The translations under genes and the position numbers were made by a program. A stretch of DNA of 64,000 nucleotides, taken from positions 14,423 through 78,422 of the forward strand of contig CAYNDV010000003.1 in the NCBI GenBank assembly GCA_964396055.1, in the 5' to 3' direction. The notes beneath the pieces were generated by a model. That model was not told the DNA's origin and did no database searches. It saw only the letters and a program-made list of their open reading frames with translations. The DNA comes from an uncultured Vicinamibacterales bacterium. Lineage in GTDB: Bacteria; Acidobacteriota; Vicinamibacteria; Vicinamibacterales; JAKQTR01. Below are positions 54,195 through 61,523 of the stretch, one piece after another (the stretch's first letter is position 1; every line of letters starts with the position of its first letter).

Positions 54195-55651
54195 TAAGAA
54201 GCCCCCCACAGCCACAGCGCCGCGTAGGCCCGCCACGGACGCCAGCGTTCGGCACGGGCGAGCAGTTCGGCTGCAGTGGGACGGCGGCCCGTGAGGCGTT
54301 CGACCGCGCGCAGCAGGCCGGCGTCGGCGGCCGGAAACGCGTCGGGTTCCTGGAGGGCGCGCATGGCGATGTACTGCGCGGTCCATTCGCCGATGCCGGG
54401 CAGCGCTCGAAGCGCGCCCACCGTGGCGTCGAGGTCGCGGCCGGCAGCGAGGATATCGGGCCGCTTCGAGACCGCCGCGGCGAGCGCCTGGATGGCGGCC
54501 TTGCGCGCCCCGGGCATGCGCAGCGCGGCCAGATCGGCGCGCGCCAGCCGGTCCGCCGACGGGAAGACGTGTGTGAGGCCTTGTACCGGCGACGCGTGGG
54601 CAGCCACAGGCGCGCCGTAGGAGGCAACCAGTTGTCCGGCCAGTTTCACCGCAGCCGCCACAGAGACCTGCTGGCCCAGGATAGCTCGCACGGCGAGCTC
54701 GAACGGATCCCATGCGCCGGGCACACGCCGCCCCGGCCGCGCAGCCACGAGCGGCGCCAGCAGGGAGTCTTCGCCGAGGTGGCTGGCGATCGCGTCGGGG
54801 TCCGCCGCGAGGTCGAAGACGCGCCGCAGCCGGGCCACGACGAGCGGAAGCGCCGAGACGACCGGGAACAACACGGAGGCCTCCAGTGCGTGACCGGCAA
54901 CAGGCCGCACGGACACGACGCCGTGCCGGCCGTCCATGGCAAACGTTCTCGCGTACGTGTCGCCGTGCACCGCCTCGACGCCGGGGATCGCGCGCGCCGC
55001 CAGGAAAGATCGGATGCCGTCCCAGTCGCAGGGCGGCCGGTACCGCAGCCGCACCGAGATGCCCCCGCCCGGTTCGGCGTGTTCCGTCGTCTGTGCAGTG
55101 GCGCGCAGCGCGCTCGGCGGCCGGCCGAACAGATCGTGAAACGCCTCGTTGAACCGCCGCACGCTGCTGTAGCCGGAGGCCAGGGCCACCTGGGTCATCG
55201 GCAGCGTGGTGTCGTGTATCAGCTGTTTGGCCAGGTGCACGCGGCGCGCCTGGGCCACGGCCACCGGCGTGGCGCCGAGGTGGCGGAGGAACAGGCGTCG
55301 CAGTTGTCGGTCGCCAACGCCGAGCCGCGCGGCCAGCGCGTCGACGTTGCCGTCGTCGAGCGCGCCGGCCTCGATGAGCGGCAGCGCGCGGGCAATCGTA
55401 TTCGAGGTGCCGCGCCAGGCATTCAGGTCGGGCGCCGTTTCGGGTCGGCACCGCAGGCACGGCCGGAAGCCGGCGGTCTGCGCGGCGGCGGCCGAGGGGT
55501 AGAACGTTACGCGGTCGCGCCTCGGCGTGCGCGACGGACAGATGGGGCGGCAGTAGATGCCGGTGCTGCTGACGCCGACGAAGAAACGTCCGTCGAACCG
55601 GGGATCGCGGGTGCGCAGCGCGCGGTAGCACGCGTCGGAAGCAAGGTCCAT
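54194..55651 (-). CDS. Fused Ada-N (Zn methylphosphotriester sensor), AraC HTH and AlkA (DNA-3-methyladenine glycosylase II, HhH-GPD)
   Basis: 485 aa. The Cys4 Ada zinc site is FFVGVSSTGIYCRPICPSR...FRPCLRCRPE. The AraC HTH is ALASGYSSVRRFNEAF. The HhH segment is LRALPGIGEWTAQYIAMRAL. As I recall, the same fusion architecture occurs in mycobacterial Ada-AlkA. Confidence 0.85.
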   Translation of the reverse strand: MDLASDACYRALRTRDPRFDGRFFVGVSSTGIYCRPICPSRTPRRDRVTFYPSAAAAQTAGFRPCLRCRPETAPDLNAWRGTSNTIARALPLIEAGALDDGNVDALAARLGVGDRQLRRLFLRHLGATPVAVAQARRVHLAKQLIHDTTLPMTQVALASGYSSVRRFNEAFHDLFGRPPSALRATAQTTEHAEPGGGISVRLRYRPPCDWDGIRSFLAARAIPGVEAVHGDTYARTFAMDGRHGVVSVRPVAGHALEASVLFPVVSALPLVVARLRRVFDLAADPDAIASHLGEDSLLAPLVAARPGRRVPGAWDPFELAVRAILGQQVSVAAAVKLAGQLVASYGAPVAAHASPVQGLTHVFPSADRLARADLAALRMPGARKAAIQALAAAVSKRPDILAAGRDLDATVGALRALPGIGEWTAQYIAMRALQEPDAFPAADAGLLRAVERLTGRRPTAAELLARAERWRPWRAYAALWLWGAS

Positions 55652-55686
55652 GTCGTCATGCTGACGCGGGGAGCCCGGGCTGTCTA

Positions 55687-55735
55687 GCGGTTTTCGGACA
55701 TGCTGGTGAGTTTGGCCGACAGGTCCGAAAACCGC
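55687..55735. promoter_or_regulatory. 13-bp perfect inverted repeat GCGGTTTTCGGAC-N23-GTCCGAAAACCGC in the ada-alkA/ogt divergent region
   Basis: Arms at 55687-55699 and 55723-55735. Lies 36 nt upstream of the ada-alkA ATG (55651). Confidence 0.4.
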
Positions 55736-55765
55736 GAGCGATTACCCAGCGCACCTGTCACGATC

Positions 55766-55838
55766 TTCCGTGGCGTCCGGCCTTGAACCGGACGTCGCCC
55801 GTTCCTTCGTGGCGTCCGGCTTCAGCCGGACGCGACTT
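55766..55838. repeat. Two tandem REP-like hairpin units (GTGGCGTCCGGC..loop..GCCGGACG)
   Basis: The units are TTCCGTGGCGTCCGGCCTTGAACCGGACGTCGCC and TTCGTGGCGTCCGGCTTCAGCCGGACGCGAC. A related GCGGGGCTTCAGCCCCGC hairpin is at 59552-59569. Confidence 0.7.
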
Positions 55839-55853
55839 TCCCGAGGAGGCTCC

Positions 55854-56474
55854 ATGCCGTTCGTGCTCCCGTTGTTTTGCGAACGTCTCTCCACTCCGGC
55901 GGGTCCCTTACTCGTGATCACCGACGACTCCGGCGCGTTGCGTGCGGTCGAATGGGAAGACCACGAACCACGCCTGCGACGCCTGCTGGATCGGCACTAC
56001 GGGCGGCGCGGATACCTCCTGTCCGGGCATCCGGCCTCGGCTGAGTCCGGCGCGCTGCGGACCGGGGCGCTCGGAGCAGGCCCGGTCAGCGCGGCGCCGG
56101 CCTTGTCTGCGGCCGCGCGCGCGTTGACCGCGTACTTCTCGGGTGATCTGCACGCGGTCGACGCCCTGCCCGTGACCACGGGCGGCAGTCCGTTTCAGCA
56201 GTCCGTGTGGGCTGCACTGAGGACCATTCCGGCGGGTCGCACGACGACGTACGGCGAGTTAGCGGCTGCGATCGGCCGGCCTGACGCCGCCCGCGCCGTC
56301 GGGGCCGCCAACGGCGCCAATCCGGTGTCCATCGTCGTCCCATGTCACCGGGTGGTGGGCGCAGGCGGTTCGCTCACGGGCTACGCCGGCGGCCTGGAAC
56401 GCAAGCGCTGGCTGCTCGCCCACGAAAAAGGGGCCAGGCCCCTTTTCAGAGACGCGGCCGAAGCGCGTCGATGA
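55854..56474 (+). CDS. ogt: Methylated-DNA--protein-cysteine methyltransferase (Ogt/Ada-C type)
   Basis: GGAGG precedes the in-frame ATG at 55854. The active-site PCHR motif is in TTYGELAAAIGRPDAARAVGAANGANPVSIVVPCHRVVG. Confidence 0.9.
   Translation: MPFVLPLFCERLSTPAGPLLVITDDSGALRAVEWEDHEPRLRRLLDRHYGRRGYLLSGHPASAESGALRTGALGAGPVSAAPALSAAARALTAYFSGDLHAVDALPVTTGGSPFQQSVWAALRTIPAGRTTTYGELAAAIGRPDAARAVGAANGANPVSIVVPCHRVVGAGGSLTGYAGGLERKRWLLAHEKGARPLFRDAAEARR
56425..56446. repeat. AAAAAGGGGCC-A-GGCCCCTTTT hairpin, family copy 2, inside the last 16 codons of ogt
   Basis: Near-identical to 36734-36754. Lies about 30 nt from the convergent SYLF gene stop (56479). Confidence 0.7.
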
Positions 56475-56478
56475 GCGA

Positions 56479-57159
56479 TCAGTGCTTCGCGAGCGCCGCG
56501 AGCAGGCGGGCGGCCGATTCGGGGGCCTTGGCTTCGCCGTTCAGGATCTTCCGGTTCGACGTGGCCTGGCCGTACATCGCGTCGTTGGCGTCGCCGTCCT
56601 CGCGCAGCGTCGATCCCTCGAGCGCCACGCCGGCAAACACGCCGCGCGACCGCGAGTAGCCGAGGATCTCGGCCGTCATCAACGCGTCGGTCTTGGCCTC
56701 GGCCGATCGCCCGAGGGGCCCGGCGGCGACGCTCGCGTCGGCGCCGAGCGTGAACCTGCTCGACAGGAGCTTGTCCATACCCTTGCGGTTCATCACGAGC
56801 ATCACGACGTCGGTGGCGCTGCCGCCGATCTGGAAGCCGATGCTGCCGCCTTCGACGCGGACGCCGGCCGGCGCCGACCAGCCGGTGGCGGTACGGCACA
56901 CGGCGAACCCGCGTCCGTATTCGCCGCCCAGGCCGAACGCCGCCTTCTTCAGCGAGGGAATGACGATGACGCACTGGGCCTTGCCGAAGAGGCTGGCCGG
57001 AATACCCTGTTCAGGAATGGCGACGAGGTCGTTCACCACGTCAGCGGCGTCGTTCAGGCGGTCGCGTGTGTTGGCCGTCGCAGCCGGCGGCCACACGGCC
57101 AGACCAATGGCACAAGCCAGGGCCGCGACTCCGGTCCATCTCGACATGAATGCCTCCAC
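56479..57159 (-). CDS. SYLF (DUF500/Ysc84-like) lipid-binding domain protein, secreted
   Basis: 226 aa (alternative start at 57147). Motifs IPSLKKAAFGLGGEYGRGF, GGSIGFQIGG, TLGADASVAAGP and GVFAGVALEGS. Confidence 0.8.
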   Translation of the reverse strand: MEAFMSRWTGVAALACAIGLAVWPPAATANTRDRLNDAADVVNDLVAIPEQGIPASLFGKAQCVIVIPSLKKAAFGLGGEYGRGFAVCRTATGWSAPAGVRVEGGSIGFQIGGSATDVVMLVMNRKGMDKLLSSRFTLGADASVAAGPLGRSAEAKTDALMTAEILGYSRSRGVFAGVALEGSTLREDGDANDAMYGQATSNRKILNGEAKAPESAARLLAALAKH

Positions 57160-57183
57160 TTCGAGTATGCACCGAGTCGCCGC

Positions 57184-57204
57184 AAATCAATCCGGGATTG
57201 ATTT
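57184..57204. repeat. Palindrome family copy 4 (AAATCAATCCGGGATTGATTT, extended arms CGC...GCG)
   Basis: Supplies the stop codon (TCA at 57187-89) of the methyltransferase gene. Confidence 0.9.
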
Positions 57205-57870
57205 GCGCGGCGCGGGGGCCGCCAGGAGCAGCCGGTTCCTGGGGGTGATCTCGGCCGGGATCGTCTGCGTCCACACTTCGTAGCCGCGCGCGCGGACGCG
57301 GCCGGCGCGCACGACGTCGATGGCCAGCGGGCCGTCGAGCCAGCCGGTCAGGGCGCCGGTGTCGCTGCGGTGCACGTCGTGGCAGCACGGCAGCACGGCG
57401 ACCCGGGCGCCTGCCGCCATCGCGCGATCGAGTACTTCGTCCGTCAGGCCGCCGCACGCGTGGCTCGACACCACCACGTCGGTCGGCTCCAGCGTGACCT
57501 CTGCCAGGGGCGCCACCGCGTGGCTGATGCGTCCTGCCAGGCGGGGCCACTCGCCCACCACTGCCTCGGCGAGTCTCTCACTCGACGGCGGCACCTGCGT
57601 ATCGACGACGAGCGCCGAGGGCGAAGAGTTGTCGAGGATGAGCATCACGTGGCCGAGCAGGCCGTGGCCGCCGCCGACGTCGACGACGCGGCCGCCGCGG
57701 AAGATCCGCCGGACGCGACGGGCCATCTCCCAGGCTTCGTAAAGTTCCTTGCGCGGCAGGCACCCGGCGCGGCAGACCGCGCGGGCAACGCGGTCGAACA
57801 GGGTGGTGCCGGCGAACCGGCCTAGGTCGTGGCTGGTGAGGCGCGCCTTGGACGAATGGGAGAAGGCCAC
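57187..57870 (-). CDS. SAM-dependent methyltransferase-like protein
   Basis: 227 aa. The glycine motif is VVDVGGGHGLLG. The acidic residue lies after beta-2 (LVVDTQ). Another motif is VVSSHACGGLTD. Confidence 0.55.
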   Translation of the reverse strand: MAFSHSSKARLTSHDLGRFAGTTLFDRVARAVCRAGCLPRKELYEAWEMARRVRRIFRGGRVVDVGGGHGLLGHVMLILDNSSPSALVVDTQVPPSSERLAEAVVGEWPRLAGRISHAVAPLAEVTLEPTDVVVSSHACGGLTDEVLDRAMAAGARVAVLPCCHDVHRSDTGALTGWLDGPLAIDVVRAGRVRARGYEVWTQTIPAEITPRNRLLLAAPAPRKSIPD

Positions 57871-57882
57871 GTGCGGAGTGTA

Positions 57883-58914
57883 TTACTGTCGCACGGTCCG
57901 TGCGAACGCTTCGTACTGATCGGTGGCCACGAAGTCGACGCCGGCGCGGCGCGCGGCATCCCAGCGCACGGCTGCCGCCTCGAGGGATCCGAAGTTGTAG
58001 GAATCCGACCAGCCACGGCTCTCCGCGGGCGCGTGCCCGTTGAGCGTGTAGAACCGAATCCACAGGCCGAGGTCGTGGGCGCGGGCCACGAGGGCGGCCA
58101 GGCGGGCGGCGTCGGCGTCGGTCCACGCGCCGGCTTCGTCCGGTCCCCCGCGTTCGACGGCGGCCCACGGGAAGTTGGCCCAACGCCGGTAGTCTGTCAC
58201 GCCGGAGGGGATCAGCCGCCTGACTGGAAGTTCGTGCACGCGTTTCTTCGTGTCGTCGTCCAGGTCGGGTGGCGGCACGGTTCCGAAGATCCGTAAGGTC
58301 GCGCCTGCGGGCAGGCGCTCGAAGAAGTCGCGCTCCTGTCCCTCGCCGCTTTCGGTCAGGACGAGCAGCGGGCCGACCCGAAGCGGCGACGGCAGGCCCG
58401 GCCGCCCGAGTTTGACGGCGGTCGTCAGGTAGCGCTCGTAGCGGCCCAGCAGGTCCCAGACCGCCAGGTGGTGCTCGCGTTCGTTGGTCTTGAAGTCGAA
58501 CGACACGACCACGCGGGGCCACGTGCCGGGCTCGTTCTCGGCGAGGGCGCGATCGAGCAGCGGTTGCACGCGCTGGAAGAAGTGTGCGTCGAGTGTCGGC
58601 TCGTCGCCGGTCGCCGGGGTCTCGTGCGCCACCACCACCCTGCCGCCAGCACCGGAGTTCCCTCTAGCGGGGGGCACCCAGACCAGGTCCTGTTCGATCG
58701 CGATCCAGGGCAGTTCCGTGCCGAGGGCGCGGTCCAGGCGGTCGCGCCACGCGCCGGCTTCCGGATAGCAATTGTGCGCGTGCAACCACATGCGCGCGCC
58801 GGGGGCCAGCGGATCCGCCGGCGTCGATGCGCCCTGCCGGACCGCCGGCATGGAGGGGGACATGGCCAGCCAGGCGAGCAGCAGCGCGAGCACTCGAATC
58901 GACAACGTCTCCAC
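57883..58914 (-). CDS. PLC-like phosphodiesterase (bacterial PI-PLC/GDPD superfamily), secreted
   Basis: 343 aa with a signal peptide. Motifs HAHNCY and IEQDL resemble catalytic His/Asp motifs of PLC-like TIM barrels. This is an assignment from memory. Confidence 0.45.
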   Translation of the reverse strand: METLSIRVLALLLAWLAMSPSMPAVRQGASTPADPLAPGARMWLHAHNCYPEAGAWRDRLDRALGTELPWIAIEQDLVWVPPARGNSGAGGRVVVAHETPATGDEPTLDAHFFQRVQPLLDRALAENEPGTWPRVVVSFDFKTNEREHHLAVWDLLGRYERYLTTAVKLGRPGLPSPLRVGPLLVLTESGEGQERDFFERLPAGATLRIFGTVPPPDLDDDTKKRVHELPVRRLIPSGVTDYRRWANFPWAAVERGGPDEAGAWTDADAARLAALVARAHDLGLWIRFYTLNGHAPAESRGWSDSYNFGSLEAAAVRWDAARRAGVDFVATDQYEAFARTVRQ

Positions 58915-58916
58915 CT

Positions 58917-59408
58917 TCAGAAGTAGGCCACGGTCACGCCCGGGTTCTTCTCGTCCTGGGCGGCGAGCGTCACTGCGGGTGTCTCTGTCAGGAACTTCCG
59001 GACGGCGGCGCGCAGTTTGCCCCCGCTGATGCCATGGATGATGGAGACCTGGGTCAGCCCCGCGCGGATCGCGCGGTCGAGGAACGGACCGAGGGCTGCC
59101 AGTGCCTCGGGCACGGTCATGCCGTGGAGGTCGATCGATTGGAGCCGGTCCGTGGCTGCGGCTGACGCACGGGCGAGGGCATCAGCGGCAGCGTCAGCGG
59201 TGGCCCTGGCGGCGGTCTGTGCGGCCGCTTCGCGTTCCCGTTTCTGTTCTTTCTTCGAGTGCGAGATGGTCTCCAGTTCATCCTCGCGGCACACCATCGT
59301 CATTGCGCCGACGACGACGCGGTAGCGGCCGCCCGGAAGGACCTCGAGCACGCGACCGTGCTTGCGGAGGCGGACGACGCCGACGGCGGAGCCGGAGAGG
59401 AAGGGCAT
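58917..59408 (-). CDS. Smr-domain protein
   Basis: In-frame ATG at 59408 (MPFLSGSAVGVV...). The Smr segment is IDLHGMTVPEALAALGPFLDRAIRAGLTQVSIIHGISGG.LR. The upstream part of the track ORF reads through a heptamer repeat. Confidence 0.8.
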   Translation of the reverse strand: MPFLSGSAVGVVRLRKHGRVLEVLPGGRYRVVVGAMTMVCREDELETISHSKKEQKREREAAAQTAARATADAAADALARASAAATDRLQSIDLHGMTVPEALAALGPFLDRAIRAGLTQVSIIHGISGGKLRAAVRKFLTETPAVTLAAQDEKNPGVTVAYF

Positions 59409-59454
59409 GGCTTCATGGTGCCGCCTGGGGGCGTTGGGAATCAACAGGGGGCTC

Positions 59455-59530
59455 GGGACGTGGGACGTGGGGCATGGGGCATGGGGCATGGGAGGGACAA
59501 GGGGCATGGGGCGTGGGGCATGGGGCATGG
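59455..59530 (+). repeat. Heptamer microsatellite (GGGACGT)2(GGGGCAT)3...(GGGGCRT)4, G-quadruplex-prone (element copy E, G-arm only)
   Basis: Read directly from the sequence. It sits in the gap between the smr start and tRNA-Gln. Confidence 0.85.
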
Positions 59531-59709
59531 AGAACGACGCTGACGGGTAGTGCGGGGCTTCAGCCCCGCCGGACGGGCGAGGTTCCAGGTTCCAGGGGGT
59601 CACGGGACCGAGGACACGGGAGGGGCAAGGCACAGGGATGAGAAAGGGGTGAAGTGGGCGGCGGGTTTTGATAAACTAGGCAGGTTCCGCCGGTCGCGGC
59701 CCTTCTTGC

Positions 59710-59783
59710 TGGGAGGTCGTTCAACGGTAGGACACGTGGCTCTGGACCACGTTATCGGGGTTCGAATCCCTGCCTCCCAGCCA
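59710..59783 (+). tRNA. tRNA-Gln (anticodon CUG), CCA encoded
   Basis: Hand-folded cloverleaf. Acceptor is TGGGAGG/CCTCCCA. D arm is GTTC-AACGGTA-GGAC. Anticodon arm is CGTGG-CTCTGGA-CCACG. T arm is CGGGG-TTCGAAT-CCCTG. Discriminator is G, followed by CCA. The U1-A72 pair is typical of bacterial tRNA-Gln. Confidence 0.9.
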
Positions 59784-59958
59784 ACTCACTCACATCTCAG
59801 CTCGTTCGGTGCCTGGTCGGCAGGCTTCCAGGTGCTCCACGGCTCGCGCCGTTCCGGACACGAATCCCTGCCTCCCAGCCAACTCATTCACATCTCAGCT
59901 CGTTCGTTGCCTGGTCGGCAAGTCTCCAGGTGCTCCGCGCCTCGCGCCAATTCGGATA
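59763..59958 (+). repeat. 98-bp tandem direct repeat (2 units, about 90% identical) that duplicates the last 21 nt of tRNA-Gln plus 77 nt downstream
   Basis: Unit 1 (59763-59860) and unit 2 (59861-59958) both begin CGAATCCCTGCCTCCCAGCCAACTCA. A third CGAAT at 59959 starts another unit and then diverges. Confidence 0.9.
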
Positions 59959-60062
59959 CGAATGACAAGTCTCGCACCCTGACTCGCTTGGTGCGTCGGC
60001 CACGCTTCAGACTAACGCGAACCCCACGGCGGCGTAGAACGCATGCGGTAGACTACCCGCAG

Positions 60063-60845
60063 TTGGTCTTGAAGGGCGGGAATGCGCTGGACCTCGTGCA
60101 CGGCCTCTCGGCCCGGGGCTCGCTCGACATTGATTTCTCGATCGAGGGTGACTTCCACAACCTGCCAGAGATCGAAGCTCGGTGCTTGCGGGCGCTCCGC
60201 GATCGCTTCGACTCGGCCGGGTTTCTGCTATTCGACGAGAAGTTCAGTCGGAAGCCGAGTTCTCCGAGACCCGGACAGGACGATCGATGGGGCGGCTACC
60301 GGATCGAATTCAAGCTGCTGGCGAAAAACAAGGCCGCTCGGTTGGGTAATGACTTCGGAGCGCGGCAGCGCAATGCCGAAGTCATCGGTTACGCTCAAGA
60401 GAAGGTTTTCAAGATCGAGATCAGCAAGTTCGAGTTCTGTGCGCCAAAGATCCGCAAGGACTTCGACGACTACACGATCTACGTCTATCCGCTCGAACTG
60501 ATCGCCGCCGAGAAGCTAAGGGCCATTTGCCAGCAGATGGCCGAGTACGTGCCGGTCCGGAACAAGCGGGCGCGGGCGCGCGATTTCTACGACATCCACA
60601 CAGTTGTGACGAGTGCGCACCTGAACTTCGGCAGTTCGCAGTTTCAGGAACTGGTTCGCGCCGTCTTCGAGGCGAAGGCAGTGCCCCTGTCGTTGCTCAG
60701 CAGGATAGAGGGGCAACGTGAATTCCACCGCCTGGACTGGCCGGCGGTCTTGGAGACGCTTTCTGTGCCGGCGCGGGAGTACGACTTCTACTTCAACTTC
60801 GTTGTCACCGAGGTTGAGAAGCTAGAACCCCTTTGGCACGAATAG
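60063..60845 (+). CDS. Nucleotidyltransferase AbiEii/AbiGii-family toxin-like protein, apparently lacking the usual N-terminal ~40-50 aa
   Basis: The family core is LKGGNALDLVHGLSARGSLDIDFS. There is no in-frame ATG upstream. Only TTG (60063, 60069) or GTG (59991, giving an Arg-rich leader) are available. The track ORF 59550..60845 reads through the tRNA and repeat. Confidence 0.6.
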   Translation: MVLKGGNALDLVHGLSARGSLDIDFSIEGDFHNLPEIEARCLRALRDRFDSAGFLLFDEKFSRKPSSPRPGQDDRWGGYRIEFKLLAKNKAARLGNDFGARQRNAEVIGYAQEKVFKIEISKFEFCAPKIRKDFDDYTIYVYPLELIAAEKLRAICQQMAEYVPVRNKRARARDFYDIHTVVTSAHLNFGSSQFQELVRAVFEAKAVPLSLLSRIEGQREFHRLDWPAVLETLSVPAREYDFYFNFVVTEVEKLEPLWHE

Positions 60846-61283
60846 GCGCCAATCCGAAATGAACTCCTTCTCGCGCATGCCGTACGTGAGGTAGAAATCA
60901 AACTCGAGGCCCAGTCTCTGAAGTGCCTCGAGCGAGGTGACCGGAAAGTCGGCGCGCTGCATGTAGAACCCGACCACCTGATGGTACGGGTACACGTATT
61001 CGAGCTTCTTGAGCGTCGCGATCAGCACGTTGACGGACGCACGACCGCGGGCCGTTCGATAGGCCTCCAGCACCTGGTATGGACCTCCGGCATACCCTGG
61101 CCTGACGGCGATATCGATCAAGGTCCGTTCGAGTTTCGTCGCGTCGACGAGGCTTCCGTCCAGCGCCGTCTGCTGGCTGACCTCAAGTCGGCCAGTGTGC
61201 TTGCCCGCAATCGTAACGATTCGCAACCCGCCAACAGAGTATGTCGCGCGAGACGATCGTTGACTGCCGCAGGCTCGTGCCAT
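60822..61283 (-). CDS. AbiEi-family antitoxin-like protein, C-terminal domain only (no recognisable wHTH)
   Basis: From the in-frame ATG at 61283. Motifs are TKLERTLIDIAVRPGYAGGPYQVLEAY and YVYPYHQVVGFYMQ. It is convergent with the AbiEii-like gene and overlaps its 3' end by 24 nt. GC3 is lower than in host genes. Confidence 0.5.
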   Translation of the reverse strand: MARACGSQRSSRATYSVGGLRIVTIAGKHTGRLEVSQQTALDGSLVDATKLERTLIDIAVRPGYAGGPYQVLEAYRTARGRASVNVLIATLKKLEYVYPYHQVVGFYMQRADFPVTSLEALQRLGLEFDFYLTYGMREKEFISDWRLFVPKGF

Positions 61284-61293
61284 CTGCCGCTGC

Positions 61294-61316
61294 TGTGTAG
61301 TATATACACCTACACA
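61294..61316. promoter_or_regulatory. Palindrome TGTGTAG-TATATACAC-CTACACA abutting the ATG of the small ORF (candidate operator/-10 region)
   Basis: 7-bp arms flank an AT-rich TATATA core. The last A of the right arm is the A of the ATG at 61316. This is the divergent gap between the AbiEi-like gene and the plus-strand cassette. Confidence 0.4.
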
Positions 61317-61483
61317 TGAAGGACCCCAAGAAGGTCCGGGATGAGCCGTACAAGCGACTGGCTCCAGCGGTGATCGAGGCCGGCGGGACAATCGACGTGT
61401 GGGTGAGACCGTCCACCGTCGCCAAGTGCAGAGGAGAGGTGAAGGAGCTTACAGTTCTCTTCACACCGGAGTGGGCAGGATAG
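61316..61483 (+). CDS. Candidate 55-aa protein, first gene of the plus-strand cassette (below the ORF-track cut-off)
   Basis: MKDPKKVRDEPYKRLAPAVIEAGGTIDVWVRPSTVAKCRGEVKELTVLFTPEWAG*. It has balanced composition, and roughly 80% of codons end in G/C. The competing minus-strand reading here (MSRRPRSPLEPVACTAHPG...) looks like antisense junk. Confidence 0.45.
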   Translation: MKDPKKVRDEPYKRLAPAVIEAGGTIDVWVRPSTVAKCRGEVKELTVLFTPEWAG

Positions 61484-61523
61484 TGCTTTCGGGAGTAGAT
61501 TCCGAGACGGTTACAGACGCACG

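Noticed and set aside
52747-59530. Heptamer repeats considered as a possible CRISPR array
   Set aside because: The units are 7 bp and contiguous, with no spacers. No cas genes are present.
59550-60062. N-terminal 170 aa of track ORF 59550..60845
   Set aside because: This part reads straight through tRNA-Gln and the 98-bp tandem repeat. Only the segment from about 60063 resembles AbiEii.
61284-61391. First 36 codons of track ORF 60822..61391 (MSRRPRSPLEPVACTAHPG...)
   Set aside because: The composition is junk-like. The same DNA encodes a better-looking 55-aa ORF on the plus strand, directly after a palindrome.
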